64,000 bases of DNA from Octopus sinensis (taxonomy: Eukaryota): the NCBI RefSeq assembly GCF_006345805.1, contig NC_043002.1:105090001-105154000 (forward strand), read 5' to 3'. Position numbers and translations under genes: made by a program. The notes beneath the pieces are model-generated. The model worked only from the letters and a program-made list of their open reading frames with translations. It was not told the origin of the DNA and searched no databases. Below are positions 15,074 to 27,141 of the stretch, piece after piece (the stretch's first letter is position 1; the number at the start of each line of letters is the position of its first letter).

Positions 15074-15137
15074 CTGTGTGTGTACGTTTTTATTAAACCC
15101 TTCCTATTTCAACTGTGAATAACAAATTCTATGTGAA

Positions 15138-15460
15138 GGCGCATGGTTCAGTGGTTGGAGTATCGGGCACAGAATCAGGAGGTAGTGAGTCCGAAGCCCG
15201 GACCGGGCTGTGTTGTATTCTTGAGCAAGACCCTTTATTTCACATTGCTCCAGTTCACTCCGCTGTAGAAATGAGTTGTGACGTCACTGGTGCCAAGCTG
15301 CATCAGTTTTTGCTTTGTCCCCTGCACAACATCAGTGGCGTGCGGAGAGTTGGCGGGCATGCATGAGCTACTACTGGTCTTCCGTAAACAACTTTGCCTG
15401 TACTGTTGCCTTGGAGGGGAATTTTCTTGGTGCAATCCTATGGTCAGTTTGAAGGTTGAT
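15138..15460 (+). mobile_element. tRNA-derived SINE with CORE/Deu-like central region
   Basis: Head GGCGCATGGTTCAGTGGTT, then CTTGAGCAAG..TTGCTCCAGTTCACTCCGCTGTAGAAATGAGT. Confidence 0.7.
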
Positions 15461-15828
15461 TTTAAGCCCCTGTTGGAATCACCTATTCTAAACTTATAAA
15501 TATCGATTAAACTGGAAAACTTATCAGAAAAACCAGTTCTGTTTATCTTTGCAGCTTCCCCACTTTATATCCTACATAGTATGACACTCCTGCCACATTT
15601 TTACTTTTTGGACTTATTCGTTTTTCGCCCACTCCTTATTTCCATTTTTGATTCCGTACATCCTTCTCACCTTCTTATAATTGATTGACTAACGTTGGAA
15701 AAGTTCCGGCGTTTTCTCTTTCCTTTTACATGTTACGCTTTCAACGTGTTTGTTAAATATTATTGCACATGTGTGAACTGTTTTTATATTGCGCATTCTA
15801 CTTAAACCTCAAATATATATAGATATAA

Positions 15829-15877
<49 letters not shown>

Positions 15878-15909
15878 TACACATATATATACATACATAC
15901 ATACATACA

Positions 15910-15940
<31 letters not shown>

Positions 15941-15958
15941 GTATATATATATATATAT

Positions 15959-15993
<35 letters not shown>

Positions 15994-16843
15994 ATTTGCA
16001 TACTTACGTTTAGATATTTATATGTTATATTATATCATATGATGTTTGTGTGTGCATGCGTGTGTGTATCTTTGTATGTATGTATTTATGTATTTATATA
16101 TGCTTGTATGTATGTGCACGTACGCACATGCAATCACGAACTGATAAATTTTGAGGGAATTATTAATATTTTACGTTTGCGTATGTTATTCTCGTTGCAC
16201 GCGTAATTTGCCGAACAACCGTGTTTCTGCACTGATATAGCATTCTGTCTATGTTAATATTTATATACGTGAGTCATTCTCTACTTGTGTATACGTGCAG
16301 AATATGTGTTGTGTACGCATAGGTGTGTGTGTGTGTGATATCTAAGAAGTGACAGCCCACTCAATAGATGAATTTAAATGAAAGATGTATCTGACATCCG
16401 CTTTTATTTCTATTATAGAAGTGAAATTTATCTGCTGGCAGTTTGAAAGCACATGCAGTCTAGAAATTCCTTTGGAAGGTCTCAGAAATTCACACAGATG
16501 GTAACAAATTTCAGAGAGACTGGAGTGGTGGATTGGTGGCTTCGGTAATTAGTTGGATTTTATACGATGGAACATTGGAAATATTTCACCATGGCTGAGA
16601 TGCGTTTACAATAAAATAGGTTAGGATTAGAGAGATGAGTGTGTGTCCTTGGAGTAGCGACTGGCCGTGAGGAAGAGTATTAGAGTGAAGGAGAGAAAGA
16701 AGAGGTGAGAGCACGTGTGATTGGTTGGCTTTTGTAAAGAGTTTGGTTAAAGTATTTGGCCGTTTGTTATTTACACATTTTATAAGTTAAATCTACAAGT
16801 TTCCATACCTCTTGAGGTTATGAGCAGACAATGGAAACATTAC

Positions 16844-16982
16844 CTTTCTCGATTATTGGTGACCAGAATATTATGTTTGTTACTGTTCCTTGCTGACATA
16901 AATTACAGGAAGATTCAAATTTTAAAATTTCCCTTTCATCTTCAACTGCTTTCATCAAACCCTTTCCGAAATATGGATTCTC
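16844..16982 (-). CDS. Candidate internal coding exon (139 nt), product unknown
   Basis: Acceptor CCTTATTTAGTTTCAG|G and donor AAG|GTAATG. Only one frame is open: ENPYFGKGLMKAVEDEREILKFESSCNLCQQGTVTNIIFWSPIIEK. Confidence 0.3.
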
Positions 16983-17039
16983 CTGAAACTAAATAAGGAT
17001 AGTGGAAGGTAAGTAAGTGTGAATATAATGAGTAATTAG

Positions 17040-17262
17040 TGAAATCACTCGGTCAGTCTACAGAAACTGTCAAACAGTTGGAATAGGTTTAAGACAAAGG
17101 CGACCTGGATAGATTTTGCCTTTGCTAACTTGTTGCATCGACTCCGAAAGAATGAGAGGCAAAGTGAACATCAGTGGAGTTTGAACTCATAACATGAAGA
17201 CAGACGAAATGTTGCTAAGTGTTTTGCCCGGTGTGCTGGCCTCACTGCTAGCTCACCACCTT
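17040..17262 (-). mobile_element. Diverged tRNA/Nin(Deu)-type SINE
   Basis: Homologous to 32508-32740 (GAGTTCAAA..CTTTGCCTCTCATTCTTTCGGAGTCGAT). Confidence 0.7.
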
Positions 17263-18249
17263 CAATTTTGCATTAATATTAAGCTTTGTTCTTTGAATTG
17301 ATGAGGTTGTTTCACGACCAATTTCCTCTGCCGCATATGGATTCTTACTTTGTAAGGTAATACATCTTTTAACGTTTTTACAATATAAGTCTTCGCAATT
17401 GTGTTTGATTATTATTTATATTAAACGTACATATCTGAGTAAAAACATTCCCTACTTTATTTTCTACGGTAAGTTATCTGGTGTCCCCTGGATTGTCTTA
17501 GCTGCTTTACTATTTAAAATAAATAATATATATTGCAATTTACTGTTGCAATCTTCTATTGTATATTAATGGCATATTCTAAAAGGAAATTTATTGTTGC
17601 GATGGATTTTCTGTTGACTTCATTATGCAAAACTATAGGAAACCGTTTAACTGATTTTCATCACTGGAAGTTTCTATAATTTTATGATCAATTTACATTT
17701 GTGCATTGCTTAAAGCATCCCTTATTCTATGTTGTTCATTAAGAGGTTGTTTTCTAACCGATAGTCAGTTACTGACAGGAATAACTATAACTTATTCTAA
17801 TTAACTTTACTGATTCCATTTGAATTCCCGTTATTTTTGTTGAGGTGATTTGTTGACGTGACTGATTACTGCCTTGGTTTGGCGTATTTTTCATGTTACA
17901 GCTTTTGTCATGGAGTTTCGAATGCATGAAATATTAGCTCTGCAATTTGTCGGGGGTGGAGCTAATTTCGTTGCAGTTGGATAGTTGTTGATGTTACATA
18001 AGATGTTATATAATGTGTGGCATCTACAATATAATAGGTATTTGTGTCATCTTATAGAGCAGAATGGATAAGATTTAGTAAGGAAGCAATGCTAGTGGAA
18101 ACTAGAACATGGTGAGATCTAGTTAGACAGTTAGAGCAAGTACCAAGAAAAAGAACTGAAACCGATTTAAATGCGGCTAAATTGACTTGCGATCAAGGAA
18201 AGCTACTTTGTCAGAGATAATGCGCGTGCCCTAAGACATGAAGAAAAGT

Positions 18250-18450
18250 ACCTAATGGGCCCAAATGAGATTGGAAAAACGTAGCAACAGAGTCAAAATT
18301 CATTTTATCATCGATCATGATGATGTCACTGCTTAATCCAAAGCAGAGTTGCATGGTTTTTCGTCGGTATTTTGTTCGATTATCCACCAGATGTAGCGGA
18401 ATGGATCGCATGATGGACTTCGATATCTACTCCAACTTCTTATCGCGATG
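18250..18450 (-). pseudogene. Possible Tc1/maT-like transposase C-terminal relic
   Basis: SWSRYRSPSCDPFRYIWWIIEQNTDEKPCNS resembles WPPxSPDxNPxDYxxWxxIExxTNxxPHNS. The match is weak. Confidence 0.3.
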
Positions 18451-18722
18451 TTTGACAATGAAGGCTAAGCTTTTCTGTGTGTATGTATATATATATATAT
18501 ATATATCGTTCCGGCAAATGAGATCGAGAGAATAAATACCAGACAGATGAAAACATACTGGGGCCAATTTTTTCCACCAAACTTGTGAAAGCAGTGTGCC
18601 GAAATGAGTGCCATTCTATGACTGGAACACGTGAAAAGTACGAAAATGTATAGGTTGGAACTGAGGCAGTAAAGAAATCATAAATTTCATACAACTAACT
18701 AAAAACTGAATGTAAGGGTCAA

Positions 18723-19340
18723 GGCGCATGGCTTAGTGATTTCCACTCCCGATCGTAAGTTCAATTCATGGAGACATTTTGAGTCGTTTTAGGAAGAAAA
18801 TTTTATATCGCATTCCTCCAGTTCATTCAGCTGACAAACGAATTATTTCTCAAATTCTAGGGGCCAGCCTTGTCATTTCTGCGTCAGGTTGAACCTTTTA
18901 CACAAACCCTACTCAAGCACACACACAACGTATGGACAGTACGATGGCCGTCATATATGTATATATATGTATTTCTTTTATTCTTTTCCTTGTTTCAGTC
19001 CTGCGATCTCCATCAGTGTTGTTTTTAGGCGGGACGTTTCGATACTTTTGGTATGTTGGTGTGTTAATGTCCCCGTAAGCTAGCGGTTCGGCAAAAGATA
19101 ACAATAGAATAAGTATTAGGCTTACAAAGAATAAGTCCTGATGTCTGTCTGTGAATGTGTGTAAATGTGTGTGTGTGTGAGTGCGTGCGTATATATATAT
19201 ATATTTGTATGTATATAAAATAACGTTGTCTTTATACCTAAGGGTCCTAGAGTCTGTGGAATGCTCAACCACTTGCACATTTATTTCAACAGTAGGTTGT
19301 TCCAGTAGTACAAAGAAGTCGAACACTCATCGCTGGAACC
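18723..19340 (+). mobile_element. Old SINE interrupted by a mosaic templated insertion (18898-19242)
   Basis: SINE head GGCGCATGGCTTAGTG..CTCCAGTTCATTCAGCTG. The insert segments match 20048-22356. Assignment of 19243-19340 to the same SINE is inferred. Confidence 0.55.
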
Positions 19341-19519
19341 ATCCAAGAGCCGGTTAATCAGTTAATCTTCATGAGATTCCTGGTTTAGGACGTATGTTGC
19401 TGTAATTTAACCCCAGGAGACATCATCTCCAGTTGGCTGTATGACACGATCTGTGTTCATATATTTTTGAACAGGGTGCATTTAGCACCCCCACTCCATG
19501 ACTGAATGTATGTATCTGA

Positions 19520-19684
19520 GTGTATGTGTATATGTATATATATATATACATACATACATACATACATTCATATATACATACACACAGACATACATACATA
19601 CATATGTATGTATATATATAAATATATATATATATACATACATACATAGATATGTATGTATATATATATATATATATACATAGA

Positions 19685-19715
<31 letters not shown>

Positions 19716-19930
19716 GTATATATATATATACATAGATACATACATACATGCATATATACATGCATACATACAAACACAAGCATACATACATTCATACATG
19801 TATATAAACATACATATATAGGTACATACAAACATACATACAAACATAATACATACATACATACATACATACATCCATCCATCCATCCATACATACATAC
19901 ATACATACATACATGCCTACATACATACAT
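19520..19930. repeat. (TACA)n/(TA)n/(CATC)n compound microsatellite
   Basis: Visible directly. Confidence 0.95.
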
Positions 19931-21429
19931 TCGTGCATATTTGCAAACTAGTGCCAAACAAATGGTTGGACAATCCGAATTGATCTGTTATGCATTGGAG
20001 TTAGAGTCGTACCCATACACTTTGGCCTTCCCTACTTACATACATATATGTCTGTCTGTGAATGTGTGTAAATGTGTATGTGTGTGTGTGTGTGTGTGTG
20101 AGCGCGTGCGCATATGTATATATATTTGTATGTATATAAAATAACATTGTCTTTATACCTAAGTATATTATAGACGCGTAGCTTTTATATATTTTTATGA
20201 ATTTATAATCTGTATGTGTGTGTGTGTGTGTGCGAGAGAGAGAGAGAGAGTGATTGGCTCATAATTCTTTTTTGTTTCGTTTTTCCGTTTTTCTTCTCCG
20301 ACATCTCAATCCTGTTGTTGTTGTTGTTGTTATTGTTTTTGGTTATTACGTAAACTAATGCTTAAGCACATGTCCGTGATGAACTCGTCAATCTCACATA
20401 GAAAGTTGCGGCCGCCGCCGGCGCCGTCGTCGTCGTCGTCGTTATTGTTGTTGTTGTTGTTGTTGCTGTTGTTGTTTTTGTTGTTGTTGTTGCTGTTGCT
20501 GTTGTTGTTGTTGTTGCTGTTGCTGTTGCTACTTGTGAGCTTTTACTGTTGCCGTTTTCGTTGCTTTTATATTTCAATTCTATCAGACATCATTTTTAAG
20601 CGTGAATATATAAATACTGCATTTTTTGACAGGAAATGAATAGTCGCACCTGGATATCTGGTGCATTTACATCCATTTTTAGTGCAACTGCATTTAAATG
20701 AACCACATATATAAAATAATAATATATATATAAAGCAATAATACAAAATCATCGAAAATATATGCACGGATTTCTTTGCATCTCATCGATAAATAGATAA
20801 AGAAAAATCCGAAAAGTAAACAAATAATATGTATGCATGGATAATATTTAAAAATTTAGTGCGCGATGCGGCATAAAAATTAGCTCGGATTTCTTCCATA
20901 ACCGTATCTTTGTAGCTTTAGAATATTTAGTACATGTGCTTGCAGCTTTGAACATGTTGGTTGTAGATTTGATATTACTGGAAAAAAGTTTGTTTTACTT
21001 TGTGTAGGGAATCTGTGAAAGGAGGGACTGCGTCGAAATGACGGCCATCGTACTGTCCATACGTTGTGTGTGTGCTTGAGTAGGGTTTGTGTAATTACGT
21101 AACCAAAATGTCGATGATAGAGTGCTGATTCGCGGTACGAAAGATATAATCTAAATTTTCGTCCAAACACACGCTTTGCCTAAATGTATAAATGTAAGAA
21201 TATATACAGGAAAACATTAGAGTCGAAACACATTAGAGTTTGGTGACACAGTCTACCATCAATTTGTTGGATTAGGGATGTTTGCATGAGCGTGTTTATG
21301 TGCTTGTGAGATATATATATATATTAATATATATATATATATATTATATATATATGTGTGTGTGTGTGTGTATGTGAGTGAGTGTGTGTGTGCGTGTGTG
21401 TGTGTATATGTGTGTTTGTGTATGTGTGT

Positions 21430-21830
21430 GGCGCAAGAGTGGCTGTGTGGTAAGTAGCTTGCGAACCAACCACATGGTTCCGGGTTCAGTCCAACTGCAT
21501 GGCACCTTGGGCAAGTGTCTTCTACTATAGCCTCGGGCCGACCAAATCCTTGTCAGTGGATTTGATAAATGGAAACTGAAAGAAGCCCGTCGTACATATA
21601 TATTTGGGAGGTGTGTTTGTGTGTTTCTGTGTCCGTGTTTGTTCCCCTACCCTCGCTTGATAACAGATGTTGATGTGTTAATGTCCCCATAAGCTAGCGG
21701 TTCGGCAAAAGATAACAATAGAATAAGTATTAGGCTTACAAAGAATAGGTCGTGGTGTCCATATCCTCGACTAAAAGCGGCGCTCCTGCATGGCCGCAGG
21801 ACTGAAACAAGTAAAAGAATAAAAGAAATA
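21430..21830 (+). mobile_element. tRNA/CORE-type SINE with internal microsatellite and LINE-like 3' tail
   Basis: GGCGCAAGAGTGGCTGTGTGGTAAG..GGTTCAGTCC..GGCACCTTGGGCAAGTGTC..CATGGCCGCAG..CTGAAACAAGTAAAAGA. Paralogous copies occur in this window. Confidence 0.88.
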
Positions 21831-21831
21831 C

Positions 21832-21880
<49 letters not shown>

Positions 21881-23776
21881 TACTCAAGCCAACTAGGGCG
21901 AATAACATTCTGGATTTCTGCTTCACGAACAATATGGACATCATTCATGATGTGAAAGTGACACCGACATCAGTTTCGGATCACAACATAATAGAGCTAT
22001 CTATGTTTGGGCCGAAAGTAACCCGAGATATACAGCCTAAAGGAAGCACCCGAAATCTCTCCAATCTGAACTTCCACAAAGCAGATTGGAAATCGATCCA
22101 AAAAGACATCCTCAGAGAGGACTGGCCGGAATGTCTCTCCACACCAGACATTGACATGAAACTAGAATGTTTCATGTCTTCTGTGCAAGCCGTATGCCAG
22201 AAATATGTCCCAGAGCACAAGGCCAAACACAAAGGGTCAAGATTCCAACAGACGGGAAGATCCTCATGAGACGACGGACGTTGGTTGCAAATCGTCTCAA
22301 CCAACATCCCAAAAGTAGCGAAACGTCCCGCCTAAAAACAACACTGATGGAGATCGAAAAAAGGCTGCAACAATCCTAGGTGAAGGAGAAAGCAGACAAA
22401 GAAGCCTGGGTTATAAAAAACATTAAATCAAACCCAAAGGCCTTCTTTCATTACGCGAAAGAAACAGTCTCAGTGCACTACAAGATAGGACCCCTCCTCC
22501 AAAAGGATGGCTCCCTCACAGACAGTCCAACTATGATCAGTGAGATGCTGAATGACCAGTTCAAAAGTGTCTTTACCACCCCGTTGGAACACAGACAAGT
22601 GAACGAACCAGCGGACTTCTTTGCTGCCTCACCTATAATCAGCGAGGCGGTTACAATAGAATGTATTGACATTAGCGAAAAAGATGTCCTACTAGCCATA
22701 GATGAAGTGGACACAAACTCAGCTGCTGGTCCAGATGGTTTTCCAGCCATCCTCCTCAAAGCGTGTAAGCATGCCTGTCAAAACCCCTCAAGATTCTCTT
22801 CCAGAGCTTTCTTGCGAATGGCAAACTGCCAAGCAAGCTGCAGGAGGGAATAATATGCCCAATACAGAAAGGGGTAAGTAGAGCAGATGCCAAAAAATAT
22901 AGGCCTATCTCTCTGACTTCACACATCAGCAAAGTCATGGAACGGATAGTCAGAAAGAAACTAATCGCATTCCTTGAGGAAAATAACTTGCTGAGTGATA
23001 CCCAGCATGGTTTTCGACCAGGTAGGAGCTACCTGACCCAGCTCTTACAGCATTATGACTGGGTGTTGAGGCAGTTACTCAACAAATCAAATGTGGACGT
23101 AATCTACCTTGATTTTGCAAGAACCAGAGATAAGGAAACCATGATGGTCCTCTGGCGGACATTCGTCCTCAGTCGCCTGGATTACTGCTCACAGCTATGG
23201 TCACCCACCAGTGTAAAATTAACAGCGGACCTTGAAGCAATCCAGAGAATATTCACAAAGAAGATCATCTCTTTGCAACAGCTCAGCTACTGGGAAAGGT
23301 TGAAACAGCTAAGGCTCTACTCCCTGGAGAGAAGACGGGAGAGGTATGCAGTAATATATGTCTGGAAGATCCTGGAAGGAATTGTGCCAAATTTTGGCAT
23401 TGTAAGCTACACCAATGCTAGAACGGGACGACACTGCATAGTGCCAAAGATCCCAGCAATGCCATCACGCTTCAGGACCAGCTTCTGCAACAGCCTGGGT
23501 TTCAAGGGCCCACAGCTTTTTAATATTATCCCAAAGAGTCTGAGGAACTTGCACAAAGTAGATGTAGCGGTTTTTAAATCAAAGCTGGACATCTTTCTGT
23601 CAAGAGTCCCAGATGAACCTACCTCACGGCATGAGGTGCAAATGAGAGTAGCTATATCAAACTCCATTCTTCACCAAGTGCCACATATTAGACGAGGTTC
23701 GTCGTAATAACAGTGTAAAACGGCAGTGCATCAGCATGGCCGCAGCTCTGACCTGAAACTAGAAAGAAAAAAAAAA
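21881..23776 (+). mobile_element. 5'-truncated, internally deleted CR1/L2-group LINE (end of APE endonuclease, partial RT, C-terminus, tail)
   Basis: PTRANNILDFCFTN..SDHNII (APE), AAGPDGFP, YRPISLTSHISKVMERIV, QHGFRPGRS and VDVIYLDFA. The sequence then jumps to RLDYCSQLWSP and LERRRERY..WKI. There is a stop at ~22378 plus frameshifts, and an A-rich tail. Confidence 0.92.
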
Positions 23777-24039
23777 ATATATATATATATATATACATGC
23801 ATATACATATACGTATGCATGCATATAGAGGATAGGAGAGCTAACGGTGTCAATAACACCCAAAGGTGTCAGGTAATGTTGAGTAAGTGCTATGGACAGA
23901 CTATAGTTAAGCTCCATGTTCGGTGATTATGTGAATGAGGAGTTCAACGTAGGTCAAATATCAGCATGTGTATATATGATAATTAACAGAATGAGATAAA
24001 TACCAAGGTTGTGAAATATTTCAGAACATTCATAAATAG

Positions 24040-24087
24040 GTCTTACAACTGTTTCCGGGATATTTCCTATATCCCTTCATCAGAGAC
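24040..24087 (-). ncRNA. Minimal type I hammerhead ribozyme with canonical core; predicted cut after the GUA, between 24044 and 24043
   Basis: GUCU-CUGAUGA-A-GGGAUAU(AGGAA)AUAUCCC-G-GAAA-CAGUUG-UA-AGAC. Stem I has 4 bp and stem II has 7 bp. Confidence 0.8.
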
Positions 24088-24458
24088 GGTGTGAGAAAAT
24101 GGTTAAGCAATAGTTATTCTAGATAGGATATTAAATAGAGAGTGAAGTGTGGGAGTGAAAATACACGTGAATATGCAGGGATATTGTATATTCAGTTCCA
24201 TTATTTAGGCAGAATGGTAAATATATAAGATTCCTGTACCTTATGATTAAGTTCCAATAGTATTTGAAATTACCAATTTGATATACTATTGGAACTTACT
24301 CACAAGGTACAGGAATCTTATATGTATATCATTCTCCCTAAATAATGGAACTGCAGATAAAATACCGATGCATATTCACGTCTATTTTCACTCCCCAACT
24401 TCACTCTCTGTTTCATATCTTATCTAGAATAACTATTGCTTAACGAGTTTCTCGCACC

Positions 24459-24506
24459 GTTTCCGATGAAGAGATATATAAAAGATCCCGGAAACAGCTG
24501 TAAGAC
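24459..24506 (+). ncRNA. Hammerhead copy in the right arm (CCGAUGA core, helix III ACAGCUGU)
   Basis: GUUU-CCGAUGA-A-GAGAUAU(AUAAA)AGAUCCC-G-GAAA-CAGCUG-UA-AGAC. Stem II is partly decayed. Confidence 0.65.
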
Positions 24507-24577
24507 TTTCTCTTTATAAATGTTCTGAAATGTTTCACAGCCTTGCATTCTTATCTCAGTCTGTTAATTTGTATATA

Positions 24578-24620
<43 letters not shown>

Positions 24621-24708
24621 AACGTTTACGAAAAAAACAAAAGACGAAGACATGTGGTGTACAAAAGAAACAGATGTATTAGTATAACGCTCAGGAATAG
24701 AAAAAGTA

Positions 24709-24743
24709 TTTTACGTTTCGAGTTTACGCTCTTCTACAGAAAG
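24709..24743 (-). ncRNA. Minimal hammerhead-like motif, CUGUAGA core variant (same family as 3730-3765)
   Basis: CUUU-CUGUAGA-A-GAG(CGUAAA)CUC-GAAA-CG-UA-AAA. Confidence 0.5.
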
Positions 24744-25499
24744 GTACACAGAAAAAAACAAGGAGAGAAAAAAAAAGGGACATGTGTGTTTGTTTTCCTG
24801 AAAATCCATTGGTATTGCGTTTTCAAGCAGGCGTTCAATGTGAGTGCACAGTGACATGTCTTCTGATGGCATAATATATACACCAAGTGAATCGCAAAAG
24901 AGGAATAAGTCATAAAAGTGTGTATCCTCTCCGAATACAAAAAAATGCAACTACGATTTTACAACATTTGTGTAAATTCTACCGGTGAGAAAATGAGAGG
25001 GAATTTGAATATGTTGAAGATATATGTGACTAGTAAATAAAACAATTAAAATCACTGGATTTTAAAAATGGCAGCAAAACATCGTAAAATCGAAAGTTCT
25101 GAAATTTATTTCATGTCTATAGATAAATATTCTTTTAGTTATATACAGAACGATCAATGTTTAAAACTTCAAAATATCTAACGAATATGTATATTCGAGA
25201 AAATAATTATTCAAGTTTGTAGATTTTATTTATATAACAGCGAACCGAAATTTTAATGCAACGCTCCCAGAATTTTATTTTAAAATGCGTTTCTGGTGAA
25301 GAATTTGAGGAATGTGCATGTCAAATGTATTATAACTGAAGTGTTATTCCGGCGTTGCAGTGTTTCGCAAAAAAGGCTAAATAATTTGAGAAATTAAAAT
25401 ATCTATAGGATATGATGTGAGACGCTACCGCAAGATGCCGTTGCGATTGGGTATAAACTATTATTTATTGTCAAAGCATCCACGTCATTGCGGTTCCTA

Positions 25500-25865
25500 T
25501 CACCATATGTAGTAAGTTATGTCTCAAGGTTACGGGTTCAGTCCCAGTACTTGGCACCTTGGGCAGGTGTCTTCTACTGTAGCATCTAGCCAACCAAAAG
25601 CTTTGTCAGAGAATTAGGTAAATGGAAACTGAAAGAAGCACGTCGTGTGTGTGTGTGTGTGTGTGTGTGAGTGTGTGTGTGTGCATTTGTACCGCACCAC
25701 ATCTTGGCAACCGATGTTGGTGTTTTTAGTCTTATAATTTAGCAGTACGGCAATAGTGTCCGATAGAATAAGTACCAGGATTTAATAAATATAAATATAA
25801 ATGCTGGTGTCGCTTCATTCGACTAAAAATTCTTCATTAATCGCAGACTAAAATAGTATTCAAAG
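25500..25865 (+). mobile_element. Diverged tRNA/CORE-type SINE
   Basis: GGTTCAGTCCCAG..GGCACCTTGGGCAGGTGTC..GGAAACTGAAAGAAGC. Homologous to 21430 and 40210. Confidence 0.75.
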
Positions 25866-26799
25866 AATTAAGTGTTACATTTTCACATAAATTTCTTCTT
25901 GTATCAATATGTTTCAAAAAGCATGAGTTACCCTCTCGACATCATACAATGGTTTGTATGTATAATCGATGAATTAATTTATGGAGCACTCGATTCACTA
26001 ACACTTCTAAACAGAGCTCAAAGTTGCCCTGTAAAATGTCTTTTTTTTTTAAAGACTGCTGCAAACACTGATATAGAGACGGGGGCAGTAATAGATAATG
26101 GACGTATCGTTCTCTTTTGTGTTATCTCCTCGCTAAGTTCAGAGTCCAGAAAGGTCGAGATGTTATCAAATGTTTGTGTACAAAAGTCTGAGAGAAGAAA
26201 CGCTGGGGAATTATAATTGGTATTTGATGTCTTTATTTAGTGAGAGTCTAAAGCTGGGAGTAGTGTGTAGTACAAGAGGTCAGCTGAGTGCGAAATAACT
26301 TTGAAAGAAGACGCAATCAAAGAATTCGCCACGCTGTTTCTACCGAGAAATATCAGGTTAACAACCGTTAGATTATATCCTATTAAATAAAAATAAATTC
26401 AATTCAATGAAATATTAAACTATATTATATTCGGTGCAGTACTTAAGGAATCAGATTAAATGTGTGTGTGCGTGTGTGAGCGTAAGTGTGTGTGTTGGTG
26501 CGCACGCGCGTGTGAAACTGTGTGTGAACGTGCGTGTGTGTGTGTATGTATGTATGTATGTATGTATGTATGTATGTATGTATGTATGTATGTATGGATA
26601 GATGGATGTATGGATGGATGGATGAATGTATGTATGGATTGATGGATAGATGGATGGATGGATGTGTGTGTATGCATGTATGCATGCCTGTATGTATTTA
26701 TGTCTGCATATGTGTATGTTTGCATGCCTGTATATCTGTATGTAAGTGTGTGTATGCTTGTATGTATGTACACATGACATATGTACGTTTGTATACTTT

Positions 26800-26935
26800 T
26801 ATTCTTTTACATGTTTCAGTCATTTGACTGCGGCCATGTTGGAGCACTGCTTTTAATCGGACAAATCGACCCCACGACTTAGTATTTGTAAGCCTAGTAC
26901 TTATGCTGTCGATATCTTTTACCGAATCGCTGAGT
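26800..26935 (-). mobile_element. 3' part of the same CORE-type SINE
   Basis: Reverse complement of CAGTGCTCCAACATGGCCGCAGTCAAATGACTGAAAC. Confidence 0.75.
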
Positions 26936-27098
26936 TCCACTGCAATGCGTATAAAGTACTGTACACTTCGATTTTGTGTGTGCGGGGGGGATAGTGTGTA
27001 TGAGAGTGTGTGAGAGTGTGCGTGCGTGCGCGCGCATGTGTGTGAGAGAGTGTGTATGTAAGTGTGTTTATAAAGAGAGAAAGAGAAATAAGATAGAT

Positions 27099-27141
<43 letters not shown>

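Larger units (their letters stand above)
23981..24569. repeat. Imperfect head-to-head inverted repeat (~285-bp arms, 19-nt spacer 24264-24282) of a PLE-like terminal cassette
   Basis: For example CAAGGTTGTGAAATATTTCAGAACATT is the inverse of AATGTTCTGAAATGTTTCACAGCCTTG, and AAGTTCCAATAGTAT is the inverse of ATACTATTGGAACTT. Confidence 0.92.

Noticed and set aside
20640-20700. Cys cluster KCSCTKNGCKC resembling a CXC domain
   Set aside because: The Cys/His pattern is incomplete and there is no flanking transposase or integrase homology.
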